DNA of 64,000 nucleotides, from the NCBI RefSeq assembly GCF_006345805.1, contig NC_042998.1:138880001-138944000 (forward strand). The letters run 5' to 3'. Shown here piece after piece: positions 53,480 to 64,000 of this stretch. The DNA comes from Octopus sinensis. Taxonomy: Eukaryota. Position numbers and translations under genes: made by a program. The notes under the pieces were generated by a model. The model ran no database searches, was not told where the DNA came from, and saw only the letters and a list, made by a program, of their open reading frames with translations. Every line of letters starts with the position of its first letter. Within the stretch, counting starts at the first letter, position 1.

Positions 53480-54250
53480 GGAGAATTCACAAAAAACAAA
53501 AGACGAAGGCAGGTGGTGTAGACAACAAACAGATGTATTAGTTTAACACTCGGGAAGTGAAAAAGTCTTTAACGTTTCGAGCCTAAGCTCTTCCACAGAA
53601 AGGAGCATAGAAAGAAGCAGGGAGAGAAAATCAAGAATGTGTAGTGGCTAGCGATCTATCATGTCGAATGCCGGACAGAGGGGTCACGCATGTGAGATAG
53701 GAAGAAGGGGAGATAATAAGGTAGCGGTGATCTCAAAACAAAGGTGCGCGTGAGTGTGTATAAGAGAGCATGTATATGCGTGAGGAAGAGGGCTGGTGAC
53801 CTTGACGTGTGCATGTGCACGTGTAGGTATGTGGATGATGGTGGTGTAGGGCTGGGAAGTGGTCAGTGCCAGTGTGTGCGTGGTGGTGTGATGTGATGTG
53901 GGGGTGGCGAGAGTAGGGAAAGTAAGGGAGGGGTGTGGGTTAGACTGAGAGTGGGGGTAGAGGTGGGGTATGTGGGATTGAGTGTAAGGGATGGGATGGG
54001 GGTGGGATGGGATGGATAGGGAATGTTGGGTTGGATTGGGTAGGGCGGGGTTACGGGGAGGGGTGACGATGAAGGGAGAGGGGGAATGGAAGTGGGTAGG
54101 AGTGAAGAGAAGTAGGAGTCGGAGCAAGAGAGGAGAGGGGAGGAAAGTTAAGACCATGTGGAGCAAAGGAGCGAAGAGAGAAGATTAATCCCTGTTCACG
54201 TCGAAGACGGGAATCCGGATGGTCCCTGTGCAAGGACAATCCGAACACGA
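53480..54250 (-). mobile_element. PLE 3' end (family B): GIY-YIG C-terminus, 3' UTR, terminus with core CTGTGGA
   Basis: LSLHRDHPDSRLRREQGLIFSLRSFAPHGLN at ~54240-54150; hammerhead-like motif 53603-53565. Confidence 0.8.
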
Positions 54251-54414
54251 CGAGCTTCCTTCAGTTTCCGTCCAAACAAATCCACTCACAAGGCTTTGGT
54301 CGGCCCGAGGCTATAGTAGAATAGAAGACACCAGCCCAAGGTGCCATGTAGTGGGATAGAATCTAGAACTATGCAGTTGAGAAGCAAGCTTCTTGCCACA
54401 GCCACGCTTGCGCC

Positions 54415-54434
<20 letters not shown>

Positions 54435-54448
<14 letters not shown>

Positions 54449-54955
54449 CAAAATAGGACAAGAACGCAAAACATCCAGACAGTTAGGTGATACATAAAAG
54501 GGACAACAAAGCATCCAGATAGACGATACAAAGAAAACAAGGACTGATCATTCGGAGTTTTCTTTCCTCAGTCGAGTTCCAGATTATTTTTGCAATTTTG
54601 GCTGGTTATACTCGAGATTGCTCCAATCTGGCCAGCCCCAAGGAAAAACTAAGCTAAGAGCATTAGATTCCTTGGAAGAAAGCAGCGAATGTATACGAAA
54701 ACAAGGACGGAAAAAAAATCGGGTTGAGATGCCTTTGATTATGTTATTGAAAGTGGATTTGTGGTGATTGGAGTAAATGTTAAGGTATTTAAAGTATTGG
54801 TTAGGTTTGTAGTAAGGCGAGTATTGGGAGGTTGATAAGTTTAAAGTTTCGTCAAGAAGGTTAGCAGTTTTGTGAGCGTTTTCGAATGTGATAGATAGGT
54901 TTAGGTTAGAGAAGAATTTATGTAGATCCCTTCTAGTTCTTTCTAAGGAGGATTT
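54435..54955 (-). mobile_element. Family C terminus adjoining a PLE RT thumb fragment
   Basis: DLHKFFSNLNLSITFENAHKTANLLDETLNLSTSQYSPYYKPN at ~54930-54800. Confidence 0.7.
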
Positions 54956-54957
54956 AT

Positions 54958-55898
54958 TTATTTACGAATATATCAATGGCCAAATATGTAATCAAAAGAT
55001 TTCATAATAGAAGTGTGTATAATTATGAATAAATCAAAACTATAACGGAGAGGGTTTCAAAAACCCTTACATGTCTAGAAATAGCAGTCAAAACGGTTAT
55101 AAAGCCACTATAAACACATATTTTATCCCTTCAAAATAAAACTGTCGGCGGGCGACACGACATAAAATTAAAAACTTACATAAAGGGTTAATTCTCTATT
55201 GCAATTTCGAAGTTAGGAACTCTTCTCTTCAGGAGAACATTCCTATAGATTGGGAAGAGATCAAATATGAGTGTTTATAGTGGCTTTATTGCGGTTTTAA
55301 CAGCTATTCCTAGACATGTAAGGGTTTTTGCAACCCTCTATGTTATAATTGTGATTTATTCATAATTATACACACTTCTTTTATGAAATTTTTTGATTAC
55401 ATGTTTGGCCATTGATATACTCGTAAATAGTTATGAATTGTTTATGATATATCCTTCCTAATGTATTTTTACATTCCTCATTAATTATTTAATTTTTCAC
55501 TCATATCCGGTGTATCGCCGTGGCTCGATTTACAGGTCTTTTCTTATAAACGCTGTGCATGTCATTGGAATTCAGAATTTGAATGAGGAGATAGAGGTTG
55601 GCACATTATTCTTGCCTGTCGGAACACATGTAAGCCCCAAGGTATATATTTTAATGTTAATTTGAAGCTACAGGAATGTTCTCTTGAAGAGAAGAGTGGA
55701 ACTATTCTAGTTCCTAACTTCGAAATTGCGATAGAGAATTAACCTTTTATTTAAGTTTTGAATTTCATGTCATGTCGCCCGCCGACAGCTTTATCATGAA
55801 AATATAAAATATAAGTGTTATATAGAGACTTTGCAGCGGTTTTGACTGCTATTTCTAGATATGTAAGGGTTTTTGCAACCCTCTCCGTTATAACTGTG

Positions 55899-55900
<2 letters not shown>
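54958..55900. repeat. Complex triple inverted duplication of a PLE-type terminus
   Basis: 54958-55118 inverted at ~55270-55430; ~55030-55240 inverted at ~55670-55900. Confidence 0.8.
55191..55238 (-). ncRNA. Minimal type I hammerhead ribozyme, canonical
   Basis: GTTCTC-CTGAAGA-GAAG(N9)CTTC-GAAA, palindromic ATTGCAAT, AUA triplet, GAGAAT; cut 55197/55196. Confidence 0.8.
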
Positions 55901-55940
<40 letters not shown>

Positions 55941-55944
<4 letters not shown>

Positions 55945-56071
55945 TTATAGAAGGAGCTTCTACAGGACGAGAACTGTTTCATTCAAATGAAATCATCAGG
56001 AGTGTTCTCTTCCTGATGTTTTCATTTGAATGAAACAGTTCTCGTCCTGTAGAAGCTCCTTCTATAAAATA
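55941..56071. ncRNA. 61-bp-arm foldback of a hammerhead-containing terminus
   Basis: One mismatch between arms; CTTC-CTGATG(T/A)-TTTCATTTGAAT-GAAA-CAG(N8)CTG-TA-GAAG. Confidence 0.7.
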
Positions 56072-56139
56072 AATTAATTTACTCTGCTATGTATTGAGTA
56101 CCTTATTTACTGTGGTTAACCCCGACTCAACCCGGGACC

Positions 56140-56170
<31 letters not shown>

Positions 56171-56175
<5 letters not shown>

Positions 56176-57358
56176 GGTATGTAGAAAAATACAACATGGA
56201 CAAGAACGTATAACTCTTAGAAGACGATACAATAAACACGGACAGGACATTCGAAACCCTCAGTCTTCAGTCAAGAACCGGATCATCGTAGAAAAACTAA
56301 GCAACGAGCATTAGCAAAACTAAGCTGGGAGCGTAGATTTCCTGGAAGAAGGATCGAATGCATACGAACACCGGGACAGCAAAAGGGACGAATATAAAAA
56401 GCAAAAAACAATAATGGAATACAGAAAAATGAAATACAGAAGCATTAACGGTGAAAACAACAAGTGTCTTACGACTGATAACAAGCAAACAAATTTTCTC
56501 TGGCGCATTGGAAAGGAGCCTTATCGGCGATGCCTTGGCGGCGGACGAAAAACAACGATGTTAACACGTAGCTGGTGGGAAGCTGAAAGGCAGATTTCGG
56601 CCAGCGTCACGTGACAGAGAAGAGAGTAAAGAAAAGAAAGAGAAGCAAAGGAAGGAAGAGAGAGAGAGAAGAGAGAGAGAGAGGAGGGACAAACGCAACA
56701 AGGGGAGAGAAGAGAGAGAAAGAAGGAATCAGAGAGGAGAAGGGATGGGTGTCGAAGATTGACCTGTGAGTGCAGAGCGAGACAAAGAAATGGAAGGGTA
56801 GGGGAAGATTAGACCAAAGAATCAGAGGAAAGAGAAGAGAGAAAGAGGATGAGTAGAGAGAAAAGAGAGAGAAGGGGACAGATCAAGTAAAAGTGAGAGA
56901 GAGAGAGACAAACAGAGAGTCGTACCAATTTTTAAGAATATGTGCTCACATTAATGTTAAGAGGGTACGTAGCGCCTGGAATACATATTAAGGTATGTAG
57001 AAAAATACAACATGGACAAGAACGTATAACTCTTAGAAGACGATACAATAAACACGGACAGGACATTCGAAACCCTCAGTCTTCAGTCAAGAACCGGATC
57101 ATCGTAGTAATTTCGGCTGATTAATCTTGAGATTACCAGATCACGGCCAGCCCTCCAAGAAAAACTAAGCAACGAGCATTAGAAAAACTAAGCTGGGAGC
57201 GTAGATTTCCTGGAAGAAGGATCGAATGCATACGAACACCGGGACAGCAAAAGGGACGAATATAAAAAGCAAAAAACAATAATGGAATACAGAAACATGA
57301 AATACAGAAGCATTAACGGTGAAAACAACAAGTGTCTTACGACTGATAACAAGCAAAC
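56171..57358 (-). mobile_element. PLE-type pseudo-LTR tandem (family D), 816-bp period
   Basis: 56171-~56490 repeated at 56987-57358; the first copy lacks ~52 bp. Confidence 0.8.
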
Positions 57359-57379
57359 GGCCATTTCTCCGCAGACTGA

Positions 57380-57449
57380 AAAATGATGAACAACCTTAAT
57401 GGATTTTCGAACCTTATTGGGTTCTCATCAGAGGTGGCCACACCATTTT
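57380..57449 (-). ncRNA. Type I hammerhead ribozyme (downstream copy)
   Basis: CTGATGA 57431-57425, GAACC-CAATAA-GGTTC, GAAA, AATCCATT, UUA (cut 57397/57396), stem I with AAAATGGTG/CATCATTTT. Confidence 0.8.
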
Positions 57450-57647
57450 GATAATCTCCAGAGAAACAAGCAGCCAAACTGTTTATGTAATCAACAAATT
57501 CAGCAGTTATTCTATAATAGAGTCCCTAATTTTCATACCGAAAGTGTTTAACACTCTATAAATACCACCGGCCTGTCAACAGGGATCTTAGTTCACATGG
57601 TATAATTATAAACAGGGCAAACTTTTGCCATTTCTCTGTAGACTGAA

Positions 57648-57717
57648 AAAATGATGAACATCCTTAATGGATTTTCGAACCTTATTGGGTTCTCATCAGA
57701 GGCGTCCACATCATTTT
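57648..57717 (-). ncRNA. Type I hammerhead ribozyme (upstream copy)
   Basis: CTGATGA 57699-57693, same stems, UUA (cut 57665/57664), stem I CCT/AGG, GGAC/GTTC, AAAATGATG/CATCATTTT. Confidence 0.82.
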
Positions 57718-58693
57718 GACGTTCTTGTATAATTCTTATACAAGAATGTTGTTGACAGCGACTTCGAAGTTACGGCCAGATAAGCAATCGTTGGACTGCC
57801 CAATGATGGTTTAGCTGATTAAAACTTCTCAGTCACTGTCAACTACATTCTCATATAAGAATAACAAATTTGTAGTCTACAAAAATATAGAGTAACCCAT
57901 GTAAAAATGTTGTTATTATAAAAACAAACAGAAATATGTTTGTATGTATCTGTTTTGTTTGTGTGAGTGTGTGTGTGGTGTGTGGTGTGTGTGTGTTGTG
58001 GTGGTGGGGGGGGGGAGCACGCGCGTGTTTGTGTATATGTTTTTGTTTCTGTATACGCTTTTGTCTCTGTGTGTTTGCGCCCGTCACCGCCACCGCTTAA
58101 CAGCCGATGTTCGTTTGTTTACATCCCTGCAATTTGTTTACAACGCTTAGCCCTTCAGCAAAAAAAAAAAAAAGACCGATCGGCTTGAAACAATAAATAC
58201 CGGAGTCAATTTGTTCGACTAGAACCCTTCAAGGCGGTGCCCCTGCATGGCCACAGTCCAATTACAGAAACAAGAAAAAGAAAATATAAAATATAAATAT
58301 CACACGAACACACAGACACACAGACACACAGTCAGCTCCGTCTGTTGATATTGACCGTATAAGTGCATATGTACATGCAGGTCTTGACAAAAAAAAATTT
58401 AAGAAAACTGGCAGTCGACAATGCTTAGAAGTTTCTTTTCTCCACACCACCGACGTTTATCCAAAGAAAAGGTCGCCGACTTGGGAGGAAGGTTTGAGAC
58501 GTTTTGACAGCCGTTTTAGCACAGCTTTTTTGCCACCATTTCTATGGCGTCGCTGATTCGACGTTGGATTATTTTACATCATACCTTTTAATGTTTCTTT
58601 CATTCTCTTTCTCTCCTCTCTCTCCCTGTCTCTCTCTCTCTCTCCTTCACACACACGCATACATTCAATCTTTCTGTCTATATATGTTTATTT

Positions 58694-58763
<70 letters not shown>

Positions 58764-61139
58764 GTGTGCGTATGTCTGTGTATGAATTTGTCTCTAGTAC
58801 CAAAAAGTACTGTCGCCAAAACAGGCTGAATAGTCAGTCAGCCGTGCCAAATCATCGACATCCAAACAGCAGCGCCCAATTGTCTAGTTCCGACTTGGGC
58901 CGATACAGCTTTGCACAAGTGTTATCACAGACGTTACTGTCAAAGTTCAAAGAGCCGGAACAGACATTCTAAGGGATTTCATCTGATCTTCGAACGGTTC
59001 TGCAATCTACTGCCATGGATTAGAATTTTATTATTGACTCTAAAAGAATGCAAGACAAAGTTGGCCGAGGCTAGATTTAAACTCGGCAGAGAGTTACAAC
59101 AAATACCAAAAGGCATCTCATCCAAACCTCTAGCAATTCCACTGATTTATTGCCCAAGGTTCACAACATTTTATCGACCACAAAATGATGAAAAGTAAGG
59201 TTGTCTTCAGCGGGATTCGAACTTTGAGTGCAGAGAGTCGTAACAAATACTGCAAGGCATTCTATCCAACACTCTAACTACTCTGCCAATTCGCCGCCGT
59301 TGTTCACTTATAAATATTCTTTTTTATATATTTCCCCCGCCGTTAATGAATCAGAGCATTTGAAACAGATGTCATACAGGTACACCACTGATTTTCTGGT
59401 ATCCCTGGTTCTAAAGCCTTTGAGAGATCAACCATTTTGCTAAGCCATCTGTGGTCACATAATGACAATTCATCAACACCCCTCTAATCTACTAATTACC
59501 CAGAGCATGGAGGTGTTATACACTTCTATGCTCTATGAAGCACAGCTGGTGAGCTGAAATACCACGGTCTAATGTTTTCAACAGTTTTGCTTTATCTTGC
59601 ATCGATAAGGATTAGTATTTACAGTTGACACTAACACTGACGCTCTGAGTTCTCTTAGCTATATCAGCCTGCCACAAATAAGTACACAATGCCACCTGTG
59701 CTCGCATATTGAACCAGATTGGCAACCACCGGTTAAGGAGGTGCCGGAATATTAGTTGCCGGGAAATCAGTACTGTGCCTAGAAACGAAATGGATTTCCA
59801 AAGATTGCTCTGCGTCCAATGTGGCCATGTTACAGAATGAAACCAAATGCTGTAGGTTAGAGGACCCGATGATCCAAAGTCTGCTAGGTACAAAAACTGT
59901 TATCACTAATAAAATATTGAAAACAAGCCAAAATATCACAATCTGATAGCACAATTATACGAAAATTTGCTTACAGTTAGTCGGCAGCTACGTGGTGCCA
60001 TTATATAATCTCATATCACCTTCCCTAATATACATAACCCACACCTGATATGTCTTACTTTATCTAAAAACACTGTTATCTTCAGGAAACTTTTTTTTTT
60101 CGTTTTTTCATTATCTAAATGAAAAATTCTCCTAGAAAGATGAATAGAATGTTAACAAACTTTCATCCGCCTGTCAGCTATTTCAGTAAGTGGATGACAA
60201 AAAAATCATAGCAATGGTGCACCACCCTGGTGACCAATAACTGTTACATTAAACATCACAGCCAGAAATACGAGTTTTACATCCTTTATGACAGTTCTCT
60301 TGACTAGAAAGAAAAGATAGCTGGGATACTGTACTCCCATAATGTTTATTTATGAAAAAATTTCATACTTTATTTCAGTATACTGCCACAATATTGTATT
60401 TACATGCACAGAACCATGCATTTTCTCGATAAAACTACTTTAAAATGTTTTCCAGTAAATGTATGATGAAACATACTAAATTTGTTTTTTCACAAAATAT
60501 ATTTGTAAAATAGAGGTGCATCTTATATGCCGACAAATACGGCAATCTGTTGTGATTGTATCACAGTACGGTGCAGCCTTTACTTGCGAGTAAGTGTGAC
60601 TTGATAACATGTACCACTATTTCGTTAATTGTTTTAGGTACCGATGTAGTCGCGAACAGACTCCAGGTCTGCTTTAAGTCTTTGACTTTGCTTTCACTAA
60701 ATGTAACCTTGATTTTTGTAGAGTATAAACGACTTAATCATTTACCTTGTATTGCAAATATTTATATTACCTAGCTTGGAAAGACCAAAAGCAAAACTGA
60801 ATCAGATGATATTTTAATTCAGAATTAAAAAGCTAAAGCAAACGTTAGTTCCTTAACCCATTGTACCTTGAGTAAATCAGTTTAGCTGGGTCATTCTTCT
60901 TCAAGTTATATCCGAAGAAACGAAGTGAAATCAGGAATGGAAACCAATGAAACATGCGTTCATTTTACAGTACTGTTATTGATTGTTATGAGCAGCTTAT
61001 TACTCCTACTCTGGGTAATTATTTACAGCTGAATGGATTCCACAACACGTGAGTTCTGTCTAGACTATGCACATCATGAAGTGCTAGTGTCAGTACCATT
61101 TGTCTCCCTTGAGATGCAAGAACCGGAACTAAATATGGA

Positions 61140-61415
61140 TTCCGAATGTTGGCACAAAGCCAGCAATTTTTTTGTGTGGGGGGGGGGTCGATTACATATT
61201 AATTTCGAATTTTGGTACAAGGCCAGCAATTTTCGGGGATGGGGATAAGTCGATTACATCGTCCCCAGTGCTCAACTGGTACTTATTTTATCGGCCCAGA
61301 AAAGATGAAAGGTAAAGTCGACCTCAGCAGAATTTGAACTGTGGAGGTAAAGACAGGCGAAATGCCGCTAAGCATCTTGCCGGCGTGCTTAATATTCTGC
61401 CAGCCCGCTGCCTTA
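61140..61415 (-). mobile_element. CORE-type SINE with duplicated tail
   Basis: Reverse complement of 9071-type head and core. Confidence 0.8.
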
Positions 61416-62586
61416 ATCCGAAACTAAATATTAAAAGACATATTCTCCACCTTTAGACAATTCGGAAAGTACTTCAGATTTTTATAAAGAACACAAACTA
61501 GGGAAGAGAATGTTGTTGATGTTTAGCCCCAGGTCAACTCCGATCCATCAAACCTTGTAATCAAAAGTGTTCCAACTGTAATCATCTATTTATTTTTAGA
61601 TGTATCTGGACTACATTAACCAATATACCCTTTTTTAATCTTTTAAGACGTTTGGTGCGTGATTGAAGGAAGATCTGACTGCTATTTCTCGCCAAGCGAG
61701 CATGAAGAGTTTAGATGACAAACCCTTCATCAGCAGGTGCAATTTCACTCACATTCAAATTTGAAACCGTTTCCTAAAGAAGTCTTTCAAAACCTATCAT
61801 CATCATCATCAGCAGCAGCAGCATTTAACGTCTGCTTTCCATGCTGGTATGGATTGAACAGTTTAACAGTGCCACAGAGCTACACTGTTCTCCAATGCCA
61901 GCTTTTTATTAAAAGAAATATCGTTTCAGGCTTAAGATCAATAATTTGATACCAGTCGCATATCGATGAATCTGTTAAATAAATGAGTAATTATTTGTTC
62001 TTGGAGTTCTTACGTGTTCGGGATTTACGTAAACGGTTTCCTGCCTCATACATAGGCGCAGCCTCAGCAATATTCAGTGTACTATTGTTGGTATAAGAGT
62101 AGTCATATAACAGGATATACAACAACAATACACCAGGATGTATTGTATTCATTGTCTACTAAGTTACTATAAATATCTCATAATTGGAGAGATCGGTTTC
62201 TTTTCGGCTTATAGCTTATGCTTATGTACTTTCCCTTTAATTGTGTTTATGCATAGACCATTACAATATCCCCTTCCAGTGAAGCAGTGGGAAGATTAAT
62301 CACCTTTTGATGTATCATATTGGTTATGACTACTACAGCAGAAAGTACACACGCGCGCACGCACAATCGTTCGAAGTTAATGGTACATTCGGTAACTATA
62401 CAGGGTTTCTGCCCACGTATTGGCTTTCGAGTGTGAAAATCATCTTCTTACCATCTAGAGGATGACACCTACTGCAAAATTCTGAGTAGCGAATCATTAG
62501 TGAATGAATAAATAAACCCTACAGTAGGCATTGACTTCCTTTTTTCCAGTTTTTGATCCCAAATATGTGTATTTATATATATTATA

Positions 62587-63580
62587 AATACAAAAATGGG
62601 ACAAGAACGCAAAACATCCAGACAGTTAAGTGATACAAAAAAGGGACAACAAAACATCCAGACAAACGATACAAAGAAAACAAGGATGAGTCATTCGGAG
62701 TCTTCTTTCCGCAGTCGAATTCCAGATTATCTTTGTAATTTCGGCTGGTTATACTCGAGATTGCTCCAATCTGGCCAGCCCCAAGAAAAACTAAGCTTAG
62801 AGCATTAGATTCCTTGGAAGAAAGCAGCGAATGTATACGAAACCAAGGACAGGAAAAAAAAACAAAAAAAAACAGAGAACTGTTACACAAATACAAATGC
62901 AAATAACAGGACATAACAACAGGTGTCTTTCGACTAAGAACAAATTAAATTAAGCTGGCGTGTGTAGAAGTAAAGCCTTACGGCAGGGACATAATATTTG
63001 ACAGGCACAGGGAGGAATGTAGATATTGCACGGATGGTAGTCGAACCAAGAAAGGTCGGGCTTGGTTGAACACCGGTCACGTGGGGAGAGAAGAGAGAGA
63101 GAGAGGTAGAGGCAGAGGGATAGAATAATTAAGGAGGGGCGAGAAAAAATGAAAGGGACAGAGTGAAGTGAAAGAGGAGGGAAAGTGAGCATGAAGAGAA
63201 GGCCAGGAAATGTGAGAGAGGGGAAACGAAAGAACGAAGAGTGGAATGAACAAGGTAAGTGTGAAAGGGCTGATAGAAAGAAGGAAATAATGAAAGAATA
63301 GAAAGAATAATAGAATCGTACAAAATTTAGATATGTATATACTTACATATAAGAGACCAAAGTGTACGTACGCCGCTATATTTTTATATATAAAAAATAC
63401 AAAAATGGGACAAGAACGCAAAACATCCAGACAAACGATACAAAGAAAACAAGGACGGGTCATTCGGAGTTTTCTTTCCTCAGTTGAGTTCCAGATTATC
63501 TTTGCAATTTCGGCTGGTTATACTCGAGATTGCTCCAATTTGGCCAGCCCCAAGGAAAAACTAGACTAAGAGCATTAGAT
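62587..63580 (-). mobile_element. PLE-type pseudo-LTR tandem (family C), 809-bp period
   Basis: 62587-~62850 repeated at 63396-63580 around a purine-rich body. Confidence 0.8.
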
Positions 63581-63605
63581 TATATACGTATTAGAATGAC
63601 AAAGG

Positions 63606-63820
63606 AATAATAAATTGTCATGAACTTCATTACTTTACAGCTGTTTCAGCTATAAGATGCAATGGTCTCATAGTTGAATGCTTGCGTATCACCCTACAGC
63701 TTTAAATATGAAGCTCTGATGAAGTTGTAGGGTGACACACAAGCATTGAACTATGAGTGTATTGTGCCTTATAGCATTCACAGCTGTAAACTAATGAAGT
63801 CATGGACATAATTTCTTATT
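63606..63820. repeat. Diverged ~100-bp-arm foldback of a hammerhead-containing terminus
   Basis: Plus arm keeps CTGATGA (63716-63722); minus arm keeps GAAA-CAGCTG-TA; long stem II closed by AGCT/AGCT. Confidence 0.65.
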
Positions 63821-63942
63821 CTTTTCTCATTCTAATTTCTGATTATTAATCTACACTCAGCTGATACATCGTTCTGAAGCATGTGTATATTGAGCTCTAA
63901 CACGAGGTTATTAGTATCGCAATGCCTAAGCGAAATAATCAC

Positions 63943-63989
<47 letters not shown>

Positions 63990-64000
63990 AAATACAAAAT

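Larger units (their letters stand above)
57360..57720 (-). mobile_element. Retrozyme-like unit: two hammerheads in direct tandem flanking a non-coding body
   Basis: Direct repeats 57360-57450 and 57627-57720, each a type I HHR on the minus strand; cleavage sites 268 nt apart. Confidence 0.82.

Noticed and set aside
59502-59534. 15-bp stem hairpin considered as a Helitron 3' signal
   Set aside because: No CTRR terminus nearby and no other support.

Overview
AT-rich, microsatellite-dense eukaryotic DNA. The SINE, LINE and Penelope repertoire and a mollusc-type membrane-anchor exon point to an Octopus (cephalopod) genome; this is inferred, not database-confirmed. Three host genes are visible: a plus-strand terminal exon encoding a mollusc-type CxCxC/coiled-coil/TM tail (7458-7741), a GT11 alpha-1,2-fucosyltransferase coding exon (30079-31058), and the last two exons of DRC3/LRRC48 on the minus strand (48721-48530, 44454-44212). 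The rest is mostly transposon debris: tRNA-derived SINEs, R4/Dong-, RTE- and CR1-like LINE fragments, an internally deleted Ty3/gypsy element, Tc1/mariner elements and MITEs, and many Penelope-like element (PLE) fragments sitting in (TA)n arrays. The most notable signal is RNA-level. About ten type I hammerhead ribozyme (HHR) motifs from several unrelated repeat families are present. They include a tandem pair 268 nt apart (a retrozyme-like, possibly circRNA-producing unit at 57360-57720, with a dispersed relative at 9326-9590), non-canonical core variants, and many near-perfect foldback hairpins. Most long ORFs in the supplied track are microsatellite artefacts. All alignments and folds were done by eye.
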